This document shows positions 26,587-35,371 of a DNA stretch of 64,000 nucleotides, piece after piece. Origin of the DNA: Caldicoprobacterales bacterium (GTDB lineage: Bacteria > Bacillota > Clostridia > Caldicoprobacterales > UBA3941). The DNA is taken from assembly GCA_050949255.1 (NCBI GenBank), contig JBMNFJ010000016.1:787809-851808 (forward strand), written 5' to 3'. Position numbers and translations under genes: made by a program. Numbering within the stretch: position 1 is the first letter of the stretch; each line of letters begins with the position of its first letter. Under the pieces are notes generated by a model. The model was not told where the DNA came from, ran no database searches, and saw only the letters and a list, made by a program, of their open reading frames with translations.

Positions 26587-26594
26587 ATGTGAAC
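26587..26594. repeat. 8-bp target-site duplication (right copy) ATGTGAAC
   Basis: Exact direct repeat of 25024-25031. Confidence 0.6.
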
Positions 26595-26676
26595 GTTTAT
26601 TATAATCAGTTGTTAATTAATAAATAACGACATTAAAAGCACAAATCCATGTAATAATAGAAGTTGAGGTGGATAT

Positions 26677-27342
26677 GTGATACAGATAGACGATGCTGGC
26701 AGCGGCAGTCTTGTAGGGGGTACATGTATCGCTGCCCTACGATTGGAAACAAATGAGTATTATTATGATTTTATACCCGTAAGTTATTATCAAAATGGGA
26801 ATTTTTATGAAAAACTATATTTACATAAAAGCAAGGATATAGTTTTTGAACTGCTTAAAAAACTTAAATTCACTAAAAATGAAAAAATTATTATTTGTCA
26901 GGGATATATGTTCGATGTTGCTAGGAAATTCTTGAGTAGCTCTCATATAAACTGGACTAATTCCAAGATAGTTGATCCTTTGCAAAGTAGAATTGAGGAT
27001 ACTTTTAGCCAATATGGCCTGAGTTTGGGAGTACCGGTTCAGTATGTAAAGTATATTAAATATCCCCTTCATTTCCATCGGATATTAAGGTGGGTCTATG
27101 CAGACTATTCCAATAGGTACAAACTATGCAAAACAGACTGGAAAAGCTTTAAAAAGTACGGTAATCTGGATGTGTCTGTCTCACAGGACATACTATACAA
27201 GAGGAATTATACATGTTTAAAGTGTGGCAGGAAAATAAATCCTGGCACAAAAGTAAAAGTCCTTAAATATGTCAGTAACTGTCCTAACATCATCTATCTT
27301 CATCTAAATTGTAATTCTGATCTTCAAAAGGATAAAAACTAA
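26677..27342 (+). CDS. uncharacterised protein with an RNase HII-like N-terminal motif and a C-terminal CxxC zinc ribbon
   Basis: 221 aa. GTG start after GAGGTGG. The N-terminus IQIDDAGSGSLVGGTCIAAL resembles the RNase HII catalytic motif GIDEAGRGPLAGPVV. The C-terminus is CLKCGRKINPG...NCPNIIYLHLNC. Very K/N/Y-rich. It is the only plus-strand protein gene in this part of the window. Confidence 0.5.
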   Translation: MIQIDDAGSGSLVGGTCIAALRLETNEYYYDFIPVSYYQNGNFYEKLYLHKSKDIVFELLKKLKFTKNEKIIICQGYMFDVARKFLSSSHINWTNSKIVDPLQSRIEDTFSQYGLSLGVPVQYVKYIKYPLHFHRILRWVYADYSNRYKLCKTDWKSFKKYGNLDVSVSQDILYKRNYTCLKCGRKINPGTKVKVLKYVSNCPNIIYLHLNCNSDLQKDKN

Positions 27343-27349
27343 ATATAAA

Positions 27350-27375
27350 ATCCGGGGGTATGGCCGCCCCCGGAT
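27350..27375. terminator. GC-rich hairpin between convergent genes (terminator for the decarboxylase operon and possibly the orphan gene)
   Basis: ATCCGGGGG-N8-CCCCCGGAT. On the minus strand it is followed by TTTTATATTT. Confidence 0.6.
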
Positions 27376-27384
27376 CATATACAT

Positions 27385-28788
27385 TTAAATGGGATGTGTC
27401 ATTTCTTCCTTATTGACTAGGGTATTATCTATCCTATATTTTTGTGCTTGACGGTATTTGAAAAATTCCATGGATACCTGCGGGAAGGATGCGTATGATA
27501 GGACATCTTCTTCCTGTTCCAAGTATTCCTTGATTTCTTCCCTATATTTATCTAGCTCGGGCGGAATATCATCAGCAGGTCGATGAGTTATAACTTCGGA
27601 ATCTCCTATAATGGTCTTACGAATTTCTTCACTGACCTCACCCGGCAGCTGTCCATATTCACCACGTATTAACCCCTTGGATTCATTAGTGATCATCTTA
27701 TACCTTTCACCAGTTAAAACATTTAGTACAGCTTGGGTGCCTACTATTTGACTCGTAGGGGTAACTAAGGGCGGATACCCGAAATCCTCTCTTACCCTTG
27801 GTACTTCCTTTAAAACTTCCTCAAATTTATCCTCAGCGTTCTGTTGTTTCAGCTGGGACAATAAGTTGGATAACATACCACCGGGAACCTGATATATCAA
27901 GGTATTAATATCTATACTTAAAACCTTTTGATTTAGATAACCATCCTTAATGAGCCTTTGCGCCACAACTTTAAAATGGTCTGCTATCTCATTTAATAGA
28001 TTCAAGTCTAGACCTGTATCCCACTCTGTTCCCTGGAGGGTTGCTACCAAAGGTTCGGTTGCTGGCTGGGATGTTCCGTTCCCAAGAGGGGAAAGGGCTG
28101 TATCCACTACATCCACTCCGGCTTCTATGGCCTTTAAATACACCATATCGCCTGTACCGGTCGTATTGTGGGTATGAAGCTGAATGGGCACTTTGACGGT
28201 GTTTTTCAGTTTAGTGACCAGTTCATATGCCGTGTACGGCAATAGAAGATTTGCCATATCTTTTATACATATGGTGTCCGCACCTAAATTCTCTAGCCTT
28301 TTTGCCAGATCTACAAAATAATCTATGGTGTGTACAGGACTGATGGTGTAGCATAGAGCAGCCTGAACATGTCCCTTGTATTTTTTCGTGGATTTAATTG
28401 CTTGTTCCATATTCCGAACATCATTTAGAGCATCGAATATACGAATGATATCGATACCGTTGTCTATAGATTTCTTAACAAACTCGTCAACGACATCATC
28501 GGCATAGTGTTTATAACCAAGCAAATTTTGACCCCGTAGTAGCATTTGTAGCTTGGTATTTGGAATGGCCTTTCTCAGACGTCTTAGCCTTTCCCAAGGA
28601 TCTTCCTTTAAAAAGCGTAGGCATGAATCAAATGTAGCTCCACCCCATACTTCCAAGGAATGATATCCTACTTTATCTAATTTATCTGCAATAGGGAGCA
28701 TCTCTTCCAGTCGCATTCTAGTTGCGGCCTGGGATTGATGGGCATCCCTTAAAATGGTATCAGTTATCTTAACTTTTGCCACGACCAT
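27385..28788 (-). CDS. carboxyltransferase subunit, oxaloacetate decarboxylase alpha / transcarboxylase 5S / PycB type, without a biotinyl domain
   Basis: 467 aa. Contains ITDTILRDAHQSQAATRMR, EVWGGATFD and LHTHNTTG (TIM-barrel carboxyltransferase). No C-terminal AMKM motif. Confidence 0.88.
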   Translation of the reverse strand: MVVAKVKITDTILRDAHQSQAATRMRLEEMLPIADKLDKVGYHSLEVWGGATFDSCLRFLKEDPWERLRRLRKAIPNTKLQMLLRGQNLLGYKHYADDVVDEFVKKSIDNGIDIIRIFDALNDVRNMEQAIKSTKKYKGHVQAALCYTISPVHTIDYFVDLAKRLENLGADTICIKDMANLLLPYTAYELVTKLKNTVKVPIQLHTHNTTGTGDMVYLKAIEAGVDVVDTALSPLGNGTSQPATEPLVATLQGTEWDTGLDLNLLNEIADHFKVVAQRLIKDGYLNQKVLSIDINTLIYQVPGGMLSNLLSQLKQQNAEDKFEEVLKEVPRVREDFGYPPLVTPTSQIVGTQAVLNVLTGERYKMITNESKGLIRGEYGQLPGEVSEEIRKTIIGDSEVITHRPADDIPPELDKYREEIKEYLEQEEDVLSYASFPQVSMEFFKYRQAQKYRIDNTLVNKEEMTHPI

Positions 28789-28805
28789 AACCTCCTATAT
28801 AATGA

Positions 28806-29968
28806 TTAGCCGAATAAGTTTAAGAAAACCCCGGCTGCGATAGCGGATCCAATTACCCCAGCGACATTGGGGCCCATGGCATGCATGAGTAAGAAGTTGC
28901 CTGGATTCTCCTGTTGGCCAACTACTTGGGATACACGTGCTGCCATAGGTACTGCTGATACACCGGCAGAACCTATCAAGGGATTAATTTTGCCGCCTGA
29001 TAGCTTACACATAACTTTCCCCAATAGGACGCCTCCTGCCGTACCAAAGCCAAATGCTAATAAGACCCAGTGCAATTATCTTCAGGGTATCAGGAGTAAG
29101 GAAGTTCTCGGCCTTTGCAGTAGCCCCAACGGTTACGCCTAGGAAAATAGTTATTATGTTAATCAATTCGTTCTGTGAAGTTTGACTTAAGCGATCTACC
29201 ACCATAGCTCTCCCTGAAGAGATTGCCCAACATTAACATACCCAATAATGGGGCTGCAGATGGGAGTAATAGTGATCCTAAAACAGTTACAACAATGGGA
29301 AAAATAATCTTTTCTAACTTTGATACAGGGCGTAGCTGTTCCATCACTATTTGTCTTTCTTTCTTTGTGGTTAAAGCCTTCATTATAGGAGGCTGTATTA
29401 TCGGAACCAATGCCATATAGGAATATGCGGCTATAGCTATGGCTCCAAGATATTCCGGCGCCAGTTTAGTGGTAACATATATGGCTGTAGGTCCATCTGC
29501 ACCACCGATTATACCGATAGAAGCAGCTACATTAGCTGGAAATTTCAGTAGTATAGCCAATATAAAGGCAGCAAATATACCTAATTGCGCGGCTGCACCT
29601 AAAAGAAGGCTCTTTGGATTTGCTATTAGAGGCGCAAAATCAGTCATCGCGCCAACACCCATGAATATTAAGGGCGGATATATACCTAACTTTACTCCCA
29701 TGTATAAGTAGTACAATAGCCCGCCAGGCTGGAAGTCATCTTCACCATAGACGCCTACAGGCGCATCATTTAGACCAGCCAAAGGCAGGTTTGCCAGTAG
29801 CATTCCAAAGGCTATGGGTAAAAGGAGTAAAGGTTCATATTCCTTTTTTATGGCAAGGTATATGAGTACAAACGAAACTAAAAGCATTACACCTTGTTGC
29901 CATGACATCTGTGCAAAACCCGTGTCTGATATAAAACCAGTTATTACCTCCATAAATGGTTTATCCAT
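28806..29968 (-). pseudogene. Na+-transporting decarboxylase beta subunit (OadB/MmdB/GcdB family), interrupted by two frameshifts
   Basis: Three consecutive ORFs in three frames (29159-29968, 29005-29205, 28806-29075) together give a full-length beta subunit: ...GNLFRES / [48 protein letters not shown] / [42 protein letters not shown].... The frame changes lie near 29204-29207 and 29055-29060, neither in a homopolymer. Confidence 0.8.
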
Positions 29969-30001
29969 TAATAATCCCTCCTAGTTGCTATTTGGTGTTT
30001 C

Positions 30002-30403
30002 CTATTGGATGGCAATCAGAACATCTCCAGCATTTACGGATGCACCTTTTGCAACTTGGATAGAAACAACTTCACCATCTACGGGACTCATAATTTCATT
30101 TTCCATCTTCATAGCCTCTAAGATTGCCAGTACCTGACCCTTAGAAACCTTTTCACCGTTTTGTACCTTTATATCTAATATGGTGCCAGGCATGGGTGCC
30201 TTTATGGTATTTGCACCCTGCGGCACTGCTCCACCTGCGTTGGCCTTGGGGGCCTCCTTCTTCTGAGGAGCAGGAGAGGGTGTAGTTGTTGGACTTGCTA
30301 CAGGAGCAGTATTAACAGTTATGGGTCTGGTAGCTCCCTGACCTATCTCCTCAACCTCTACTTCATAGGACTTCCCATTCACATTTATAACGAATTTTCT
30401 CAT
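30002..30403 (-). CDS. biotin carboxyl carrier subunit (MmdC/GcdC/1.3S type)
   Basis: 133 aa. Ala/Pro-rich linker and the biotinylation motif LEAMKMENEI. Confidence 0.9.
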   Translation of the reverse strand: MRKFVINVNGKSYEVEVEEIGQGATRPITVNTAPVASPTTTPSPAPQKKEAPKANAGGAVPQGANTIKAPMPGTILDIKVQNGEKVSKGQVLAILEAMKMENEIMSPVDGEVVSIQVAKGASVNAGDVLIAIQ

Positions 30404-30439
30404 AATATTTTCCTCCTTAATATAGTGTTTTATATTGTA

Positions 30440-30826
30440 TCACAGTCTTCCTGCGATCTGTTGATTTCTGCCTGCTCTATTCCATACCGGTGTGTTAGGA
30501 GATACTCTCCTAACAGATCTAACAATGATATCATGGGTAGAATAATTTAGGCTGGCAGCAACAGCAGCTGCGATTACAGCAACAATTTCCTCTTCATCAT
30601 CAATTGCATCAGGAGCATTTAATGTTGTAGAGTTCTCAATGCTCATTTTTTCTTCGTCATATTCCGTTGCGAGATGCTTATTTTTTTTAGTACCAACATT
30701 TGTTCTAGAGTTTAGCACCTTATTGATTATTTCAATAACATATATTAAAGCGATTAAGGCAATGAAGACTGTTCCCAGTCCAAGCACCATAACCTTAAGG
30801 CTCATTAAAAGCTGTTCACCTAGCAT
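30440..30826 (-). CDS. OadG/MmdD-like small membrane-anchor subunit
   Basis: Start at the ATG at 30826 (SD AAGAGGTG). N-terminal TM helix LKVMVLGLGTVFIALIALIYVIEII and a C-terminal AAAVAA segment, typical of gamma/delta subunits. Confidence 0.7.
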   Translation of the reverse strand: MLGEQLLMSLKVMVLGLGTVFIALIALIYVIEIINKVLNSRTNVGTKKNKHLATEYDEEKMSIENSTTLNAPDAIDDEEEIVAVIAAAVAASLNYSTHDIIVRSVRRVSPNTPVWNRAGRNQQIAGRL

Positions 30827-30852
30827 GACAATCACCTCTTTCAGAGTGAATA

Positions 30853-32403
30853 TTATACGGGGAAATTACCATGTTTCTTGGGGGGCCTATTCTCTCTCTT
30901 GCTTTCCAGTATTTCTAATGCGCTAATTAATCTAGGCCTGGTTGCCTCAGGTTCGATTACATCATCAATATAGCCTCTGGATGCAGCAACATACGGATTA
31001 GCGAATTTATTTCTATATTCTTCAATCTTTTCTTTTCTGGTTTCGATAGGATCTGACGAATTCTCAATATCTTTCCTGAATATTATGTTAGCTGCCCCGT
31101 CTGGCCCCATTACGGCTATTTCTGCAGTGGGCCATGCATATACCAGATCTGCCCCAAGGTGCTTACTACTCATGGCAATATAAGCCCCACCGTATGCCTT
31201 TCGTAAAATAATATTAATTTTGGGCACAGTTGCTTCGGAATAGGCATATAGCAATTTGGCTCCATGACGTATTACACCACCGTGTTCTTGGTCTACCCCG
31301 GGTAAATAGCCAGGCACATCGGTAAAGGTAATTATTGGTATATTAAAGGCGTCACAAAAACGTATAAAACGAGATGCTTTATCGGATGCATTTATATCCA
31401 GACAACCCGCCTTTACCATAGGCTGGTTAGCAACAATGCCTACAGATCTACCATTGAGTCGTCCAAACCCTACGACAATATTAGTTGCATACAAGGCTTG
31501 GACCTCCATAAAGTCCCCATTATCCAATACACTTGTAATGACTTCTTTAATATCATAGGATTTATTGACACTATCCGGAATAATGGTATTTAACTCGGGT
31601 GCCAATCGATTTAGATCATCTTGGCAATCATATAGGATTGTATCCTCCATATTGTTTTGGGGTAGAAAACTTAATAGCCTTCTAATAGAATCAAAGCAGG
31701 AGTCTTCTGATTCACTCAAAAAATGGGCTACTCCGCTTATCTCATTGTGTGTTACAGCGCCACCTAATTCATCTGCAGAAATGGATTCCCCCGTCACTGC
31801 CTCAACTACTTGGGGACCAGTAATAAACATCTTGCTTATGTTATCTACCATAAAAATAAAATCCGTCAAGGCAGGAGAATAGACTGCACCACCCGCACAA
31901 GGACCTAAAATAACTGAAATCTGAGGTACTACCCCTGATGCTAAAGTATTTCTATAAAATATATCCCCATAACCGCTTAAAGCATCTATTCCTTCCTGTA
32001 TTCTAGCTCCACCTGAATCATTTATACAAATAATCGGACATCCCATTTTCATGGCCATATCCTGAATCTTTGTTATCTTTTTAGCATGCATTTCACCCAA
32101 AGAACCACCAATTACAGTAAAATCCTGGGCATACAAGTAAACCGGTCTCCCATCAATGGTGGCGTATCCTGTTATTACACCGTCACCGGGAGCATTTACC
32201 TTATCCATACCAAAATCTACAGAACGATTCTTTACAAAAGCATCTATTTCGACAAAACTGCTTGGATCCACTAGCTTCTCAATTCTTTCGCGAGCAGTTA
32301 ACTTGCCGCTTTCATGTTGTTTCGCAACTCTAGCTGATCCTCCACCTTGGCGAATGGCGGTTTTAAGATCTTGCATTTGCCGAATCCTATTCTCTACGCT
32401 CAT
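30853..32403 (-). CDS. mmdA: methylmalonyl-CoA decarboxylase alpha subunit / acyl-CoA carboxyltransferase (12S type)
   Basis: 516 aa. Contains KQHESGKLTARERIEKLVDPSSFVE, FTVIGGSLGE and RKAYGGAYIAM. Confidence 0.9.
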   Translation of the reverse strand: MSVENRIRQMQDLKTAIRQGGGSARVAKQHESGKLTARERIEKLVDPSSFVEIDAFVKNRSVDFGMDKVNAPGDGVITGYATIDGRPVYLYAQDFTVIGGSLGEMHAKKITKIQDMAMKMGCPIICINDSGGARIQEGIDALSGYGDIFYRNTLASGVVPQISVILGPCAGGAVYSPALTDFIFMVDNISKMFITGPQVVEAVTGESISADELGGAVTHNEISGVAHFLSESEDSCFDSIRRLLSFLPQNNMEDTILYDCQDDLNRLAPELNTIIPDSVNKSYDIKEVITSVLDNGDFMEVQALYATNIVVGFGRLNGRSVGIVANQPMVKAGCLDINASDKASRFIRFCDAFNIPIITFTDVPGYLPGVDQEHGGVIRHGAKLLYAYSEATVPKINIILRKAYGGAYIAMSSKHLGADLVYAWPTAEIAVMGPDGAANIIFRKDIENSSDPIETRKEKIEEYRNKFANPYVAASRGYIDDVIEPEATRPRLISALEILESKRENRPPKKHGNFPV

Positions 32404-32660
32404 TCATAACCCTCCATCAATATATATTGAAAGTGTAGTTTAGGCTTATTTAGTCTTTTACAGCTATCAAAGCCTTTTTGCAAGTTACTTTTACGACATA
32501 AAAAACACTGAAATCGTCATAAATTTAACGTGCAAAATAACACATTCTAACCTATATTCTTGTATTCGACATACAATACCTTTTTTCCTTCTTTTTTAAA
32601 GTATATTTTTTAAAAAATTAATACCTATATAAGGATACCCTACTTTTTTACAACAACACG

Positions 32661-33389
32661 TTAAATTTCATTATTTAACAGATTTTTTAAACTTTTGATT
32701 TCCTTTATGGATAGATACCTCCATTCACCTAATCCCAGGTCTCCTAGTACAATATTCCCGAGCCTCTCCCTTTTTAAGTAAATTACCGGATGCCCAATTG
32801 CTTCAAACATTCTCCTAACCTGTCTATTCCTACCCTCATGGATAGTAACCCTATAAATGGAGTTTTCTTCCTGCATACCCAATCTACTAATTTTTGCCGG
32901 TTTTGTTGTATAACCATCTATATTCACGCCTCTTCTTAGTTTTTTTATAGAATCGTATACAGGATCCCCATTGACAATGACATAGTATTGCTTATCGATT
33001 TCATATTTAGGGTGGGTCAAACGATAGGCTAGTTCTCCATCATTTGTAAGCAAAAGTAAGCCTTCAGATTCATAGTCCAGACGGCCAATGGGATATACTC
33101 TGCTTCCAATATCGCCGATCAGATCAAGCACAGTGGGGCGTCCCTGAGGGTCAGATACGCTGGTTATGTATCCGGCAGGTTTGTTCAATTTAATGTATAT
33201 ACCTTCTGAATCCGGGGTTATAACCTTACCGTCGACCCTTACAAGGTCCAATCGTGGGTCTATCTTTGTTCCCATTTCCCTTACTATTTTACCATTTACG
33301 GTTACCCTTCCTTGGGCAATTATTTTTTCACTGCTCCGTCTGGAGGCTACACCACATCGGGCCATATACTTTTGCAGCCGCTCCTTCAA
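32661..33389 (-). CDS. rluB: pseudouridine synthase, RsuA/RluB family
   Basis: 242 aa. TTG start after GAGGAG. N-terminal S4 domain (RLQKYMARCGVASRR) and the catalytic motif GRLDYESEGLLLLTNDG. Confidence 0.88.
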   Translation of the reverse strand: MKERLQKYMARCGVASRRSSEKIIAQGRVTVNGKIVREMGTKIDPRLDLVRVDGKVITPDSEGIYIKLNKPAGYITSVSDPQGRPTVLDLIGDIGSRVYPIGRLDYESEGLLLLTNDGELAYRLTHPKYEIDKQYYVIVNGDPVYDSIKKLRRGVNIDGYTTKPAKISRLGMQEENSIYRVTIHEGRNRQVRRMFEAIGHPVIYLKRERLGNIVLGDLGLGEWRYLSIKEIKSLKNLLNNEI

Positions 33390-33442
33390 TTATAAAACTC
33401 CTCATAATGTAATTTAGGAAAACGCTGACCTTACAATACCAA

Positions 33443-33490
33443 CCTACAAAACAAGTTGAACTTTTAAAAAAGTTCAACTTGCTTTGTAGG
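33443..33490 (-). other. 23-bp near-perfect inverted repeat (long hairpin) in the rluB leader
   Basis: CCTACAAAACAAGTTGAACTTTT / AAAAGTTCAACTTGCTTTGTAGG. The single imperfect position is G-U on the minus-strand RNA and A-C on the plus strand. Confidence 0.5.
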
Positions 33491-33608
33491 AAACCCCAGT
33501 AATAAGGATACTTAGTTTTTCCCAATAGACAGTATATAATAATTGGAAGAAAGTTGCTAGCAAAACATTGAATTTTTGTACGTTATAAATATAAATAATT
33601 GCTTTTTC

Positions 33609-33636
33609 TTAAAAATAAGGCAACCTTGGTTGCCTT
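33609..33636 (-). terminator. rho-independent terminator overlapping the ytfJ stop codon
   Basis: AAGGCAACCAAGGTTGCCTT followed by ATTTTT on the minus strand. Confidence 0.65.
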
Positions 33637-34105
33637 ATTGCGTGAAATCCTGTGTTATTTTATAACCCTGTTTTTTTGTGCTATCTCTCCCCACGAGGCC
33701 TTGTATCTGTTCCACTATCTGAGGTACCAGCTCAACCATTCTGTCTACTGTAGTATTGAAGTTTACAGGTAGTAACTTTATCTTGTCCTGTCCTACTACT
33801 AAAAAGGCAATAGGATTTACAGAAACACCTGCACCGGTTCCTCCTGCAAATGGCAGGGAATCACCCTGAGGTCCATCTTCATCCTCTACAGCCTTTCTCT
33901 TTTTTCCCTGTAATACTTCTTCTTTATATTCTCCACCCCCAGCAACAAAACCAAAAGATACCCTGGAAACAGGAATGATAACAGTTCCTTCCGAAGTTTC
34001 AACTGCATCACCCACGATAGTATTTACATCAATCATTTCCTTTATATTTTCCATAGTGGTCGTCATTATATTTTCAATTGGATGTCCTTCCACTGATTTC
34101 ACCAC
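33635..34105 (-). CDS. ytfJ: sporulation protein YtfJ (GerW family)
   Basis: HPIENIMTTTMENIKEMIDVNTIVGDAVETSEGTVIIPVSRVSFGFVAGGGEY parallels B. subtilis YtfJ. The start is either the GTG at 34105 or the GTG at 34093 (SD AGGTGG). Confidence 0.85.
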   Translation of the reverse strand: MVKSVEGHPIENIMTTTMENIKEMIDVNTIVGDAVETSEGTVIIPVSRVSFGFVAGGGEYKEEVLQGKKRKAVEDEDGPQGDSLPFAGGTGAGVSVNPIAFLVVGQDKIKLLPVNFNTTVDRMVELVPQIVEQIQGLVGRDSTKKQGYKITQDFTQ

Positions 34106-34757
34106 CTTTTAAATTATACATAAGCATCCTGATTTTCGTAATAATAATATAGCCCAATTTTACATTGATTATGCAATTCAATTCCATGTTAAATTTCTTA
34201 CCCTCATAATAAGGTATCAAAATGATGTCACTGTTGATTACTTTCAAATTGCTCTTCAAAAATCCACTTAAAGAAGTGAATAAAGTTAGTGTCAAACCGG
34301 ATACAAGTGCTGTTTGAGCGGCATTATTAAGACCAATTGTCATATGCAAGTAAATCTTCTTAATAGTGATCTTAGAAATTAAATATCTAATTTGAGCCAC
34401 GTATTTTATATTTGCCGTATAATAGTTATTTAGAAATTGAACAATATCCCCAATCATGGCTCGGCGTTCGAGTTTTGCATTGGTTTTCCTTATTATCAGT
34501 GATGCAGCATCCTTTTTATCAGGAACGGAAAGCGTAAAATTAAACCTATGGCGGATCATTAATCCACGAAAAAGTCGTACAATAAAGGAAGCGTAGTTTT
34601 CCTTGTTATCAAATTTTATATCAATTTCAAACTGAAGGTTGGAAAACAGGGATCCCACCACTAAAGTCACTATACAGACTAGGATATATACCAATCCGAA
34701 CACCCCATAATCTTCCAAATAGACATCCAATAAAACTATTATGCAATTACCACACAT
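34074..34757 (-). CDS. ytfI: DUF2953 / YtfI-like sporulation membrane protein
   Basis: 227 aa. N-terminal TM helix. Adjacent to and overlapping ytfJ, as in Bacillus ytfI-ytfJ. Confidence 0.6.
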   Translation of the reverse strand: MCGNCIIVLLDVYLEDYGVFGLVYILVCIVTLVVGSLFSNLQFEIDIKFDNKENYASFIVRLFRGLMIRHRFNFTLSVPDKKDAASLIIRKTNAKLERRAMIGDIVQFLNNYYTANIKYVAQIRYLISKITIKKIYLHMTIGLNNAAQTALVSGLTLTLFTSLSGFLKSNLKVINSDIILIPYYEGKKFNMELNCIINVKLGYIIITKIRMLMYNLKGGEISGRTSN

Positions 34758-34856
34758 AAATTTTAACGGGGCGGGACTGGTAATACCCGCACCGTTACAA
34801 TTGCTATTTTTTCACAATTAGTAAAAAAAATACATGGGACATGCCTTTAACGGTGG

Positions 34857-35366
34857 TTACTCCGTCAGTGGAGGGAGATCTTCTAAGGATGAAAGGCCAA
34901 ATACTTTTAGGAAGGTATCAGTTGTTCCGTATAAAATAGGTTTACCGGGGGCATCCATTTTACCGACTTCTTTGATGAGACCTCTGTCATTAAGTACACC
35001 TAGTGTATATTCACATTTTACACCTCGGATTGATTCTATATCTATCCTGGTTATAGGCTGTTTATATGCAATAATAGATAGGGTTTCCAGCATGGCTTGG
35101 GACAAGCTTTGCTTTTTATCTATACCAAAGTATTTGTCTATGTATTCTCCATATTCGGGACGAGTCGCTAGTTGGTAATGATCGTTCATTTTTATTATCT
35201 GTAAACCCCCGTTACGAGAGTTAAAGTTTTCGACTAACTTATCCATTATTTTCCTAAGTTTTCCCTTGTCCATATTTAGAAAATCCGCTATTTTCCTTAC
35301 GGAAACAGCTTCTCCTGAAACGAATAAAATAGATTCTATCAACCCCATTATCTTATTTTCGTCCAT
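34857..35366 (-). CDS. scpB: segregation and condensation protein B
   Basis: 169 aa. Contains IESILFVSGE, SLSQAMLETLSIIAYKQPITR, IRGV and PGKPILYGTT. Confidence 0.92.
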   Translation of the reverse strand: MDENKIMGLIESILFVSGEAVSVRKIADFLNMDKGKLRKIMDKLVENFNSRNGGLQIIKMNDHYQLATRPEYGEYIDKYFGIDKKQSLSQAMLETLSIIAYKQPITRIDIESIRGVKCEYTLGVLNDRGLIKEVGKMDAPGKPILYGTTDTFLKVFGLSSLEDLPPLTE

Positions 35367-35371
35367 ATTTT

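Noticed and set aside
28806-29205. The 66-aa and 89-aa ORFs as independent small membrane protein genes
   Set aside because: Their sequences continue the OadB/MmdB beta subunit exactly where the preceding frame breaks off. They are fragments of one frameshifted gene.
33328-33525. 65-aa minus-strand ORF spanning the rluB start and the 23-bp hairpin
   Set aside because: It overlaps the rluB 5' end out of frame, contains the long inverted repeat, and has no SD.
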